Shown piece after piece: positions 50,565-60,362 of a DNA stretch of 64,000 bases. Numbering within the stretch: the first letter of the stretch is position 1; every line of letters begins with the position of its first letter. The notes under the pieces are model-generated. The model made no database searches. It saw only the letters and a program-made list of their open reading frames with translations, and had not been told where the DNA came from. The translations under genes were made by a program, and so were the position numbers. This stretch comes from an uncultured Alphaproteobacteria bacterium (GTDB taxonomy: Bacteria; Pseudomonadota; Alphaproteobacteria; JAPULJ01). The stretch lies in assembly GCA_964494065.1 (NCBI GenBank), contig CAZBRE010000004.1:911-64910 (forward strand), read 5' to 3'.

Positions 50565-51095
50565 TCAGCGCCGGCCGGCGCGGTGCGAGATCAGCCCGTC
50601 GAGCGCTTTCTTCTGCTTGTCGCTCAACGTCGCGTAGAAGCGGTCGAAGGCCGGGCGGACGCGCTTCAGGATGTCGAGCCCGGTCGTCGCCATGGCCTCG
50701 AAGCGGGCGAGGCGCTCGGGCGCGGTGCGGGGCTCGCCGGCGGCCTGAAGCTCCTTGCACTTCTCGCCGACCGAGGCGCTGCCGGCGCGGATGGCCGCGC
50801 CCAGATCGTTCCACGCCGCCGTCTGCTCGGCGTTGAAGTTGACGAAGCCCTCGACGAAGGCGAGGCCGTGCTCGATGCCCTGATTGCGGCGCTCGCTGCA
50901 GACCGCCTGGAAACCGCGCCGGTGGCCACCTTGGCCCCAACCGCCGCGGAAGTGGGCGGCGACGGCGCCGACGGGCGCCTGCCCGACGAAGGCGCCGGCG
51001 GTGTAGCTGGGCGCGGTCGGCCAGGCGACGACGGTGGTGGTCGCGAGGATCGCGACCGCTGTTCCCACGCTGATCAGGATGTTGCGGGTCTTCAT
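50565..51095 (-). CDS. Spy/CpxP family periplasmic LTXXQ protein
   Basis: AAGGAGG RBS. Signal peptide. LSDKQKKALDGL LTXXQ motif. Confidence 0.7.
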   Translation of the reverse strand: MKTRNILISVGTAVAILATTTVVAWPTAPSYTAGAFVGQAPVGAVAAHFRGGWGQGGHRRGFQAVCSERRNQGIEHGLAFVEGFVNFNAEQTAAWNDLGAAIRAGSASVGEKCKELQAAGEPRTAPERLARFEAMATTGLDILKRVRPAFDRFYATLSDKQKKALDGLISHRAGRR

Positions 51096-51291
51096 GACAG
51101 TCCTCCTTGGTTCCATGTGCTGCGAGCGCGGCGCCGGGCGCCGCCTCGCCAACCGGTATGGATCGGCGGTGTTGCACAACGATGTCGGCGGACGTGGGGT
51201 TTGGTAACGCCGTATTGCAGGGCCGCCGCCTGTTACAAAGCGTTACAAAGTTTTCCGGAGCGTATGCGGCGCGCGCCTATAATCCCGCGCC

Positions 51292-52011
51292 ATGGCCCGG
51301 ACGCCCCACATATTGATCGTCGACGACGACGCCGAGATCCGCGACCTGCTGGCACGCTTTCTGAAGAAGCACGAGATGCGGGTCGAGACCGCTGCCGACG
51401 GCCGCGCCATGGCCAAGGCGATGGAGGCGGCGCGCTTCGACCTCGTCGTGCTCGACCTGATGCTGCCGGGAGAGGACGGGCTCAGCCTCTGCCGGCGTCT
51501 GCGGGTCGAAAGCGCATTGCCGGTGATCATGCTGACGGCGCTCGGCGAGGAGACTGACCGCATCGTCGGGCTCGAGATGGGCGCCGACGACTATCTCGCG
51601 AAGCCCTTCAACCCGCGCGAGCTCCTGGCGCGCATCCGCGCCGTGCTGCGCCGGGTGGGCTCCGCCGCAGGGCCGGCGACAGAAGAGCGCGGGCGCAGGC
51701 TCGCCTTCGACGGCTGGATGCTCGATCTGGCGAAGCGTGAGCTGCGCGATCCGGGCGGCGCGCTGGTGGCGCTTACGGCGGGCGAGTTCGACCTGCTCGC
51801 CGCCTTCGCCGAGCATCCCAAGCGGGTCCTCAACCGCGACCAGCTGCTCGACCTCACGCGCGGGCGGGCAGCGGCCGCCTTCGACCGCAGTATCGACGTG
51901 CAGCTGAGCCGGCTCAGGCGCAAGGTCGAGGCCGACCCCAGGGACCCGCAGCTCATCAAGACCGTGCGCGGCGGCGGCTACATCTTCACCGCCGACGTGG
52001 AGGGCGTGTGA
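51292..52011 (+). CDS. OmpR-family two-component response regulator
   Basis: Receiver domain (LIVDDD...VLDLMLPG) and winged-helix domain ([15 protein letters not shown]). Confidence 0.9.
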   Translation: MARTPHILIVDDDAEIRDLLARFLKKHEMRVETAADGRAMAKAMEAARFDLVVLDLMLPGEDGLSLCRRLRVESALPVIMLTALGEETDRIVGLEMGADDYLAKPFNPRELLARIRAVLRRVGSAAGPATEERGRRLAFDGWMLDLAKRELRDPGGALVALTAGEFDLLAAFAEHPKRVLNRDQLLDLTRGRAAAAFDRSIDVQLSRLRRKVEADPRDPQLIKTVRGGGYIFTADVEGV

Positions 52012-53363
52012 TGCGTCCCCTGATACGCCCCCTGGCACGTCTGTGGCCCCGCAGCATCGCCGGCCGCAACACGCTCGTCCTGATCGCGGGCCTGTTCACC
52101 GTGATCTGCGCCGGGGTCATGGTGTGGTGGCTGAGCGTAGCCCGCGACGGCCCGCCGGGTAGCCGTTTCGTCTTCGAGACCGTGGCCAGCGTCGCGGCGA
52201 TGATCGACCGGCTACCGCCGGAGGCGCGCGCTGCCGCGCTCAAAGGGGAAACGACCGATGCGTTCAAGCTGGTCTGGACGCGCTCGCGACCTGCCCGGCG
52301 GCTGAAGCGACGGGGCTGGGAGATGCGCTGGGTGGCACGGCAGCTCGAACGTTCGCTGGCCGCGCGCGGGCTCAACACGGTCGAGGTCGGCGTGCCGGCA
52401 GACAGTCCGCGCCGCAGGGCGCGAGCGGTGGAGGCCCATTTGCGACTGAGCGACGGAAGCTGGCTCACCATCTCGGGCCGCGATCAAATGCGCGGGCCTC
52501 CGCGGCCGCTGGCCGTGCTCGGCGTGATCGTGGTGATCGGGCTGGGGTTGACAGGGCTTGCGATCCTCGTTTCGCGCCGGGTAACGCGCCCGCTGCAGCG
52601 CTTCTCCGCCGCCGCGGTGCGGCTCGGCACCGACGTCGAGGCGCCGCCGATGGACGAGGCCGGGCCGACCGAAATCCGCGAGGCGGCGGAAGCTTTCAAC
52701 CAGATGCAACATCGCATCCGCCGCTTCGTCGAGGACCGCACGCGAATGCTGGCGGCGATCAGCCACGATCTACGGACCATGCTGACGCGCTTCCAGCTCC
52801 GCGCCGACTACATCACGGACGACGAGCAACGCGCCAAGGCGGTCGAGGACATCGCCCGCATGCGCGAGATGCTCGACGCCACGCTCTCCTTCGCCCGCGA
52901 CGATGCGGCGGCCGAGCCAACGACGACCGTCGACCTCTCGAGCCTCTTGCAGACCCTGTGCGACGACCTCGCGGACGCCGGCCGCGCGGTCGCCTTCGAC
53001 GGCCCCGACAGGGTGACGCTCGCCGGCCGGCCGGTGGCGCTGAACCGTGCCTTCGCCAACCTGATCGACAACGCGGTCAAGTATGGCGGGGGGGCGGAGG
53101 TCGGGCTGGAGGAGCGTGCGGACGACGTAGTGATCATCGTCGCCGACCGCGGGCCGGGAATTCCCGCCGAACGGCGCGAGCAGGTCTTCGCGCCGTTCTT
53201 CCGCCTGGAGGAATCGCGCAGCCGCGAGACCGGCGGCACCGGCCTCGGTCTGGCGCTGGCCCGAACCATCGTGCGCGGGCATGGCGGCGACATCACGCTG
53301 GAGGACCGCGAGGGCGGCGGGCTCGTCGCGCGTGTCGTGCTGCCGCGGGGCGCGGACGGGTGA
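52011..53363 (+). CDS. Sensor histidine kinase (EnvZ/CpxA-like)
   Basis: Two TM helices, HAMP, HisKA H-box [10 protein letters not shown], and HATPase motifs DRGPGIP and GGTGLGL. The ATG overlaps the response-regulator stop. Confidence 0.85.
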   Translation: MRPLIRPLARLWPRSIAGRNTLVLIAGLFTVICAGVMVWWLSVARDGPPGSRFVFETVASVAAMIDRLPPEARAAALKGETTDAFKLVWTRSRPARRLKRRGWEMRWVARQLERSLAARGLNTVEVGVPADSPRRRARAVEAHLRLSDGSWLTISGRDQMRGPPRPLAVLGVIVVIGLGLTGLAILVSRRVTRPLQRFSAAAVRLGTDVEAPPMDEAGPTEIREAAEAFNQMQHRIRRFVEDRTRMLAAISHDLRTMLTRFQLRADYITDDEQRAKAVEDIARMREMLDATLSFARDDAAAEPTTTVDLSSLLQTLCDDLADAGRAVAFDGPDRVTLAGRPVALNRAFANLIDNAVKYGGGAEVGLEERADDVVIIVADRGPGIPAERREQVFAPFFRLEESRSRETGGTGLGLALARTIVRGHGGDITLEDREGGGLVARVVLPRGADG

Positions 53364-53390
53364 GTACCGGCTGAGAATACTTGTAGGGGC

Positions 53391-53421
53391 GGGTTTGAAA
53401 CCCGCCCCTACAAAAAGATTG
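53391..53421. repeat. Palindromic GC hairpin repeat, family A
   Basis: TGTAGGGGCGGGTTTGAAACCCGCCCCTACA sits between the convergent histidine kinase and fadD-like gene. Confidence 0.65.
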
Positions 53422-53431
53422 GGTGTGCCCC

Positions 53432-55174
53432 CTACCCCTTCGCCTCGGCCTTGGCGGCTTCCTCGGCGAGCAGCTCCTTCTTCAGGATCTTGCCGATCGC
53501 CGACTTCGGCAGGTCGGTGCGGAACTCCACCATCTTGGGCATCTCGATCTTGGAGATCTTGTCCTCCAAGAAGGTGAGGAGATCGGCTTCGCTGAGCGAC
53601 TGGCCCTCGCCCAGCGCGACGTAGGCCTTCACCGTCTGGCCGCGATACTCGTCGGGAAGGCCGACGACGGCGCATTCGGACACCGCCGGATGCATGTAGA
53701 TCGCCTCCTCGACGTTGCGCGGATAGACGTTGTAGCCGCCGGCGAGGATCATCTCCTTCAGCCGGTCGACGATGAAGGTGTAGCCGTCCTCATCCAGATA
53801 GCCGATATCGCCGGAACGGAAGCGGCCGTCGATGATCGCCTCCTTCGTCGCCTCTGGATTGTTCCAGTAGCCCGCCATCACCTGCGGGCCGGTGATGCAG
53901 ACCTCGCCGTTCTCGCCGGTCGGCACGGGCTTGCCGGTATCGATCGAGACGATGGTGATCGTGGTGGCCGGCATGGGCAGGCCGATCGAGCCTTCCTTGT
54001 TGATGCCGGTGAAGGGATTGGCGGTGGCCACGGGCGAGGTCTCCGAAAGCCCGTAGCCCTCGACGAGCGTGCAGCCGGTCAGCTTCTCGAATTTCTGCTT
54101 GACCTCGAGCGGCAGCGCGGCGCCGCCCGACAGACAGTAAGCGAGCGACGACAAGTCGTACTGGTCGAGCTTGGGATAGTTGTTGACCGCGGTGAAGAGC
54201 GTCGGCACGCCGGGCATGATCGTCGGCTTGGCGCGCTGGATCGTCTCCAGCAGCTGCACGATCTCGAAGCGCGGCAGCAGGATCATGGCCGAGCCGCGAT
54301 AGACGCTGCTGGTCATCACGATGGTCATCGCGAAGACGTGGAAGAGCGGCAGCACGCCGATCACCCGGTCGGGCTGACCCTCGGCCGCCGGGAACCACAT
54401 GTCGCACTGCATCGCATTGGCGTAGAGGTTGGCGTGGGTCAGCATGGCGCCCTTGGGCACGCCGGTGGTGCCGCCGGTGTATTGCAGCACCGCGATGTCC
54501 TTCACCGGATCGACGCGCACCTCGTCGACCCGGCCGTCGTTCTTGATCAGGTCCTTGTAGCGGACGTGGCTGTCGTCGCGCGGGATCTTGGCGATCTCCT
54601 TGGCCTTGGCCAGCGGGAACAGCAGGTTCTTCGGGAAGGGCAGGATGTCCTGCATGCGGCAGATGATGACCTTCTTGAGGCGCGACTGCTTCAGCAGCGC
54701 CGGCACCTTGTCGTAGAGCACCTTCAGATCGAGGGTGACGAAGAAGTCGGTCTCCGAATTGTCGATCTGGTAGAGCAGCTCGCGCTCGGCATAGAGGGGG
54801 TTGTAGTTCACCACCGTGCCGCCGGCCTTCAGGATGGCGAAGAAGCCGATCACCGAATAGGGCGTGTTGGGCAGGAAGAGCCCGACCTTGATGCCGGCGC
54901 GCACGCCCATCTGCTGCAGGCCCTTGGCCATGCGGTCGACCTGGTCGCCGACATCGGCGTAGCTCATGGTCTTGCCGAGGAAGTCGATCGCCTGGTTCTT
55001 GGCGTAGCGCTCGACCGCGTGGTCCATCAGCGCATAGAGGCGGCGCTCGGGGATCTCGGTATCCCACTTGATGTCGGGCGGATAGGATTTGAGCCAGGGA
55101 TGCTTGCTGTCGCCTGACGTGCCTTCGGGTTTGGCTTGGGCGCCAGCGCTCGTGGTGGCCTTCTCGGTCGCCAT
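53432..55174 (-). CDS. Long-chain fatty acid-CoA ligase (FadD-like)
   Basis: YTGGTTGVPKGAMLTH and GYGLSETSP AMP-binding motifs. AGGAGG RBS before ATG 55174. Confidence 0.85.
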   Translation of the reverse strand: MATEKATTSAGAQAKPEGTSGDSKHPWLKSYPPDIKWDTEIPERRLYALMDHAVERYAKNQAIDFLGKTMSYADVGDQVDRMAKGLQQMGVRAGIKVGLFLPNTPYSVIGFFAILKAGGTVVNYNPLYAERELLYQIDNSETDFFVTLDLKVLYDKVPALLKQSRLKKVIICRMQDILPFPKNLLFPLAKAKEIAKIPRDDSHVRYKDLIKNDGRVDEVRVDPVKDIAVLQYTGGTTGVPKGAMLTHANLYANAMQCDMWFPAAEGQPDRVIGVLPLFHVFAMTIVMTSSVYRGSAMILLPRFEIVQLLETIQRAKPTIMPGVPTLFTAVNNYPKLDQYDLSSLAYCLSGGAALPLEVKQKFEKLTGCTLVEGYGLSETSPVATANPFTGINKEGSIGLPMPATTITIVSIDTGKPVPTGENGEVCITGPQVMAGYWNNPEATKEAIIDGRFRSGDIGYLDEDGYTFIVDRLKEMILAGGYNVYPRNVEEAIYMHPAVSECAVVGLPDEYRGQTVKAYVALGEGQSLSEADLLTFLEDKISKIEMPKMVEFRTDLPKSAIGKILKKELLAEEAAKAEAKG

Positions 55175-55307
55175 AGCGTCCTCCTGATCGCATGCGCAGC
55201 GGTTCGCACGCCAAGGCGCCCGACCACCGCTTTGGCGCAAGGCTCTGTCAGCCATGCGCGCAAGTCAAGTGGGCGTTGACGATAACGCGCGGGTCAGGGG
55301 CGTCCGC

Positions 55308-55997
55308 TCAGCCGCCGTTTCGTTCGAGCACTTGGTCGTGCAGGCGAAAGAGCGCGCGGTCGACGATGCCGAGCGCGCCCAGATGCTCGACCGTGTTATG
55401 GAGATATTCCGCGCACGCCCCCAGCGGGCCCGCCGCGCTCGCGATCACCTCGACCACCTGTTTCTCCGGCAAGAGGCCGGTATAGCGGTCATGCGCGTGA
55501 TTGATGACGAAGGTGACGGCGCGGATGATGCCCTCGGGCGTGCGCACCTTGACCCAGCGCGGCGCGTAGGCGCCGCTCACCATCTCGCGCTTGAAGACGA
55601 TGCCGAGCTCGGTTTCCGCCTGATCCTCGTCGAGGCGGAAGGCCACACCATGGCACGAGCCGCCGCGGTCGAGCGCCAGGGTGAGGCCGGGATTCTCGGG
55701 CGTGCCGCGGCCGGCATGGGTCCACAGGCAAAACCGCCGGTGAAAGCCGTGGATCAGGCCGACCCGCCGCTCGGCGTAATAGAAGGCCGGGTTCCACATC
55801 AGCGAGCCGTAGCCGAAGACCCAGACGTCGGCGCCATTGCGCGCCTCGAGCGTCTCCTGGAGCTTCGCTTGCAGCGCGTCCTCGCTCAGGATCGGGAAAG
55901 GATAGCCGCTGGCGACGATGCGCCGCCGCACCTCGCCCGAGGCGATCTGCTCGCGGGTGAGCGTCCAGCGCTTAAGCGGCCAGGGCGCGTTCGACAT
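55308..55997 (-). CDS. ChaC-family gamma-glutamylcyclotransferase
   Basis: VFGYGSLMWNP motif. Start at the internal ATG 55997. Confidence 0.7.
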   Translation of the reverse strand: MSNAPWPLKRWTLTREQIASGEVRRRIVASGYPFPILSEDALQAKLQETLEARNGADVWVFGYGSLMWNPAFYYAERRVGLIHGFHRRFCLWTHAGRGTPENPGLTLALDRGGSCHGVAFRLDEDQAETELGIVFKREMVSGAYAPRWVKVRTPEGIIRAVTFVINHAHDRYTGLLPEKQVVEVIASAAGPLGACAEYLHNTVEHLGALGIVDRALFRLHDQVLERNGG

Positions 55998-56559
55998 AAT
56001 CCATCCGGTCGGAGCCGAAAAACATCTCGTCGCCGACAAAGCAGGTGGGCGCACCGAAAGCGCCGCGCCTGACCGCCTCCTCGGTGGCCGCGATCAGGCC
56101 GTCCTTGACCGATTGTTCCTGGATGCGCGCGGCAAAGGCGGCCGGGTCGAGCCCCGCGCCTGCCAGAACTTTGCCGATCACCTCGACCTCGCCCATGTTC
56201 GCGCCGTCGATCCACATGGCCTGCCACATCGCCGCGTCGTAAGGCTCGAAGTTACCGTCTTCCAATGCTGCCACGGCGCCGCGCATCAACGGTAGCGTAT
56301 TGATGATGAAGTAAGGGTTCATGGTGAAGGGCACGCCGAGATGCGTCGCCATGCGCGGCATATCGTTCAGCATATAGGCGCCCTTGGCCGGGATCGCGAC
56401 CGGGGTCTGGTTGCCCGTCGCCTTGAAGACGCCGCCCAGCAGCATCGGCCGGCGCACGACCTGCGCGCCCGTGCGCTCGGCGATGCCGGCGAGCTGGACA
56501 TGGGCGAGATAGGAGGTCGGGCTGCCGTAATCGAAGAAGAATTCGAGGGTCTTGGCCAT
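55972..56559 (-). CDS. 2-hydroxychromene-2-carboxylate isomerase family protein (DsbA-like)
   Basis: FFFDYGSPTSYLAH N-terminus typical of the HCCA isomerase / DsbA-like thioredoxin fold. Confidence 0.75.
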   Translation of the reverse strand: MAKTLEFFFDYGSPTSYLAHVQLAGIAERTGAQVVRRPMLLGGVFKATGNQTPVAIPAKGAYMLNDMPRMATHLGVPFTMNPYFIINTLPLMRGAVAALEDGNFEPYDAAMWQAMWIDGANMGEVEVIGKVLAGAGLDPAAFAARIQEQSVKDGLIAATEEAVRRGAFGAPTCFVGDEMFFGSDRMDYVERALAA

Positions 56560-56618
56560 GGATCTCGGGACAAAAAGCTGGAACGGGTCGCGCTTACGAC
56601 CGCGCGAACCGGCTCAGC

Positions 56619-57353
56619 TTACCACGGCTCAAGGAAGGGGCGAACGTCGAGTTCGTGGGTCCAGGCGCTGCGCTTCTGGCAATGGAGATGCCAATAGTTC
56701 TCGGCAATGTCGTCGGGCAGCAGAATGCCGTCGGGCGGCCGCGACGCGATGAGATCGGGGAAACGCTCGCGGGTGAAGGGCGTGTCGATCGGCCCGTCGA
56801 TGATGACATGCGCGACGTGGATGTTCTGCGGCCCGAGCTCGCGCGCCATCGACTCGGCGAGCGCGCGCTTGCCGTGCATGCCACCGGCAAACGCCGAAAA
56901 GCCCGCCGCGCCCCGCACGCTCGCCGTGGCGCCGGTGAAGAGGATGGTGCCGCGGCCACGTGTCACCATGCGTTTGGCAACCTCGCGGCCGATCAGGAAG
57001 GCCGATTTGCAGGCGAGCTCCCAGACCTTGTAGTAGACCCGCGTCGTCGTCTCGGTGATGGGAAACTGGACGTTGGCGCCGATATTGTGGACCGCGACCT
57101 CGATCGGGCCGATGTCGCGCTCGACCGTCTCGACGAGCTCGGCCACCGCCTCCTCGCGGCGCGCATCGGAGCCGAAGGGATGGACCTCGCCGCCTTCGCC
57201 TTCGATCAGGCGCACGAGATCGGCCAACTTCTCCGGGTTGCGGCGGGTGATGGCCAGCGCGTAGCCCTCGCGGGCGAAGCGCCGGGCAATGGCACCGCCC
57301 AAACTGTCGCCCGCGCCGACCACGAGCGCGACCTTCTTCTCCGCATTGGCCAT
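56619..57353 (-). CDS. SDR family oxidoreductase
   Basis: VVGAGDSLGGAIA Rossmann motif with a short-chain dehydrogenase/reductase length and profile. Confidence 0.8.
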   Translation of the reverse strand: MANAEKKVALVVGAGDSLGGAIARRFAREGYALAITRRNPEKLADLVRLIEGEGGEVHPFGSDARREEAVAELVETVERDIGPIEVAVHNIGANVQFPITETTTRVYYKVWELACKSAFLIGREVAKRMVTRGRGTILFTGATASVRGAAGFSAFAGGMHGKRALAESMARELGPQNIHVAHVIIDGPIDTPFTRERFPDLIASRPPDGILLPDDIAENYWHLHCQKRSAWTHELDVRPFLEPW

Positions 57354-57492
57354 GGACGCCCCTCCCCGTCGCTATCTAAAGCGCGGGCGGCACCAAGTCC
57401 ACCGGCACCCACCCGATTGATTCGGGTCAATCCGGCGGGCGGTTGATTGCGCCTAAATTCGAAGGCACGATCGGAACCCTGTCAGTGGACGG

Positions 57493-57906
57493 ATGACACT
57501 CATGCCCGAGATGGACCTCGACAAGATCTGCTTCATCGTCGTCAAGGCCCGCGAATTCGACGTCAAGGAGGACGTCGTCGAGCCCGACTACGGCTCGAAC
57601 GCCGCCGACGACCACTTCCGCCAGGTTCTGGAATCCTATGCCGACGACGCGACCTTCGACGAGCTGAAGGAAGCGATCGACGACATGAATGTCGACGAGC
57701 AGTGCGAGCTTGTGGCGCTCACCTGGGTCGGCCGCGGCGACTTCACGAAGGACGAGTGGGACGAGGCGCTACAGACCGCGCGCGACGCGCATAACGATCA
57801 TACCGCGGCCTATCTGCTCGGCACGCCGCTGCTGCCGGACTATCTGGAAGAAGGCCTCGCTGCCTTCGATCTCTCCTGCCAGGACTTCGAGATGGGGCAT
57901 CTCTAG
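57493..57906 (+). CDS. DUF3775-like acidic small protein
   Basis: 137-aa acidic ORF. Family assignment tentative. Confidence 0.5.
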   Translation: MTLMPEMDLDKICFIVVKAREFDVKEDVVEPDYGSNAADDHFRQVLESYADDATFDELKEAIDDMNVDEQCELVALTWVGRGDFTKDEWDEALQTARDAHNDHTAAYLLGTPLLPDYLEEGLAAFDLSCQDFEMGHL

Positions 57907-57936
57907 AAGCAGTTGGACGCGGCGCTTAGTCCCCTC

Positions 57937-58072
57937 TCCCCTTGTGGGAGAGGGTGGCCGCGCCAGCGGCCGGGTGAGGGGAACGCCGCAACAGCGGCAA
58001 CGCATATGCAGCAAACGCCTTTGGCGTTTGGACCCCTCACCCTGACCCTCTCCCACAAGGGGAGAGGGGAAT
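57937..58072. repeat. Nested inverted repeat (CCCCTCTCCCCTTGTGGGAGAGGG ... CCCTCTCCCACAAGGGGAGAGGGG with inner GGGTGAGGGG/CCCCTCACCC arms)
   Basis: Sits between convergent DUF3775 and the acylase gene. Each arm is itself a hairpin. Confidence 0.65.
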
Positions 58073-58088
58073 TGCGGATGCCCTTTTG

Positions 58089-60362
58089 CTATTTCCCTGG
58101 CGCGAGCTTGGTCTTGTGCGGGAAGGCCTTGCGCACCGTCTCCATGCGGAACGGCACGTGCACGTACTCGCCCTTGAGCCAGAGCGGCACCTGGTCGGTG
58201 AAGTTGGCCGAGTTGAACCAGCCGTCCTGGCCGCCCAGCAGCGTGAACCAGTTGGCATCCGGATCGGACAGATCGGAGATGTGCCGCGCGTTGGAGCCGA
58301 AGCGCGCGGGATGGCGCTCGTCGGTCGTGCTGTGCGCCGTCTTCCAGAGCGTGTCGTTCGAGCCCTCGGCCGGCGCGTCGACGAAGCGGAAACGGCTGCC
58401 GATCACCGGCAATCGGCCGAGCGGATGGTTGACCACGAGGCGATGGAAGGCGCCCCAGTTCTCGAAGCCGTCGAACTTGGCGGCGGCCGCCGTGAGCGCG
58501 GCTTTGAGATCGGCGGCGAGCGCCGTGTCGTCGGCGCGTTCGATATCCTGGGCGAGCAACGCCTTGTTGCGCGACTGGCCGGCGAGAACGGCCGCGACCT
58601 CGGGCGCATAAAGCCGCTTGCGCAGCGCTGTTGAAAGGTAGTGATGCACGAGCTCGAAGGCGACGGCGCCGCGCGAGGCCGTGCTGTAATGGCCGTCCCA
58701 GTCGCGGAACGCCTTGAGCAGCGTCACCTCTTGCGCGCTCAACCCCTTGGCGACGCCGAGGGCGTCGATCCTGCCCGCGATCAAGTCGCGCAGCTTGACC
58801 GCCGAGATGAGATAGACGTCGCGCTGCACGGCCCGGAGCGCCGCGAGGTCGATCTTGCCCGTCCCCGTCATCAGCGCCGCCATGCGCTTCACCCGATCGT
58901 CGGTGGAAAAGAAATAGCCGATCGGCACGGCCGCCGGGGCGGGCCGGTTGTTGGCCGAGGCGAGGAAGCCGATCTTGGGGTTGTAGCTCACGGGCAGGTC
59001 GAGGACGTTCAGGAAGCCGTGCCAGGTGTCGCGCGGATCGGTGGGATCGAGGACGATATCGCGCGGCCTTGTCTCGCGGCGCACCGGCAGGCGGATCGCC
59101 ATCAGCTGGCCGATATTCCCGTCGACATCGGCGTAGAGCATGTTCTGGGCGGAGACGGCGAACGTCTTGAAGGCGGCGCGGAACTCATCCCAGTTGCCGG
59201 CGCGCTGGACCTTCAGAAACGCCGTGATCTCGTCACTACCGTCATGGCCGACCCAGCGCAACGCGAGCGGCCCGTCACTACCGGCATTCAGCAAGGGCGC
59301 ATCGCTGATGATCGGGCCAACGGGGGTGGTCCGTACCGTGACCCGCGTGTTGCGCCACCAGCGGACGCGGATCGTCTCCTCGCGGGACTTGATCTCGCCC
59401 GGCTTGAACTTGGCGGCGTCGTAGAGGTCGGACGAAGCCGCCCGCATATTGGTGCCGCCCCAGGCGATGCGCTCGTTGCGGCCGAGCGCGACGAAGGGAA
59501 TGCCCGGCACCATCAGGCCGACGGCATGGACGTTTGGCGACTTGATGCCGGCGATCAGCCACAGGTTCGGCAGCATGATCCCCAGATGCGGGTCGTTCGC
59601 CATCAGCGCAGCGCCGGTCTTGGTGCGCGCGCCCGCGACCGCGAGCGAGTTGCTGCCCGAGCGGCTCATGCCGCGCAATATGTCGTCGAGCGCCGCCTGC
59701 TTGCCGTCGGGCCGGAAGCTCGCCATCGAATCGCCGCCGTTCTTGACCAGACGCGCCCAGAGCTCCGGCCAGTCCTTGCGCTTGCGAAGCTTCAATGTGG
59801 AGAACCAGACGAGCCAGTTGACATCGGTCGAGGCGAGCCGGCCGATCGTCAGCACGTCGCGGATCGTCCAGGGCTCGCGCTCCAGGCCGAGGATGCGGTA
59901 TTCGGCGGGCAGGACTTTCGCCGTCTTCTGATAGTGGTTGATGCCGGCGACGAAGGCCGTGACCCAGGCCTTGGTCTCGGGCGGCATCGCCGCCTCGCTC
60001 GCCTCGGCCGCCTTGGCGTAGTTGAGGATGCGCAGGCTGTGGTCGATCTCGGTGGCGAGCGGCCCCGCCATCTCCGAGATGCGGCCCTGCGAGATCCGGC
60101 GCATCAGCTCCATCTGCCCGAGCCGCAGATGCGCGTGGACGAGGCCGAGCGCGAAGGCGAGGTCGGCGTCGTTCTGCGCCTCGATGAAGGGGATCGCGTG
60201 CGCGTCCCAATGGATCGTGACCGGGGCCTTGAGCGGCAGGCCTTCGGTCGGGAACATGGCGAGGCGCTGGCCGATATCGGACTTATTCGGCAGCGGCGAA
60301 AGCACGGCGCAGCCGACGAGAAGCGAGCTGATCATGGAGAGAGCTAGGGCGCGGAGGGGCAT
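58089..60362 (-). CDS. Penicillin acylase family protein (Ntn-hydrolase; possible AHL acylase), lipoprotein
   Basis: Lipobox LLVGC after ATG 60362. Penicillin-amidase-family length and motifs (ANDPHLG...GRNERIAWGGTN). Confidence 0.8.
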   Translation of the reverse strand: MPLRALALSMISSLLVGCAVLSPLPNKSDIGQRLAMFPTEGLPLKAPVTIHWDAHAIPFIEAQNDADLAFALGLVHAHLRLGQMELMRRISQGRISEMAGPLATEIDHSLRILNYAKAAEASEAAMPPETKAWVTAFVAGINHYQKTAKVLPAEYRILGLEREPWTIRDVLTIGRLASTDVNWLVWFSTLKLRKRKDWPELWARLVKNGGDSMASFRPDGKQAALDDILRGMSRSGSNSLAVAGARTKTGAALMANDPHLGIMLPNLWLIAGIKSPNVHAVGLMVPGIPFVALGRNERIAWGGTNMRAASSDLYDAAKFKPGEIKSREETIRVRWWRNTRVTVRTTPVGPIISDAPLLNAGSDGPLALRWVGHDGSDEITAFLKVQRAGNWDEFRAAFKTFAVSAQNMLYADVDGNIGQLMAIRLPVRRETRPRDIVLDPTDPRDTWHGFLNVLDLPVSYNPKIGFLASANNRPAPAAVPIGYFFSTDDRVKRMAALMTGTGKIDLAALRAVQRDVYLISAVKLRDLIAGRIDALGVAKGLSAQEVTLLKAFRDWDGHYSTASRGAVAFELVHHYLSTALRKRLYAPEVAAVLAGQSRNKALLAQDIERADDTALAADLKAALTAAAAKFDGFENWGAFHRLVVNHPLGRLPVIGSRFRFVDAPAEGSNDTLWKTAHSTTDERHPARFGSNARHISDLSDPDANWFTLLGGQDGWFNSANFTDQVPLWLKGEYVHVPFRMETVRKAFPHKTKLAPGK

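Noticed and set aside
50146-51177. Single 343-aa minus-strand ORF from the track
   Set aside because: Better explained as two separate genes in different frames (50565-51095 and 50146-50553), each with a strong RBS and an LTXXQ motif. The 343-aa frame is Arg/His-rich nonsense upstream of 50553.
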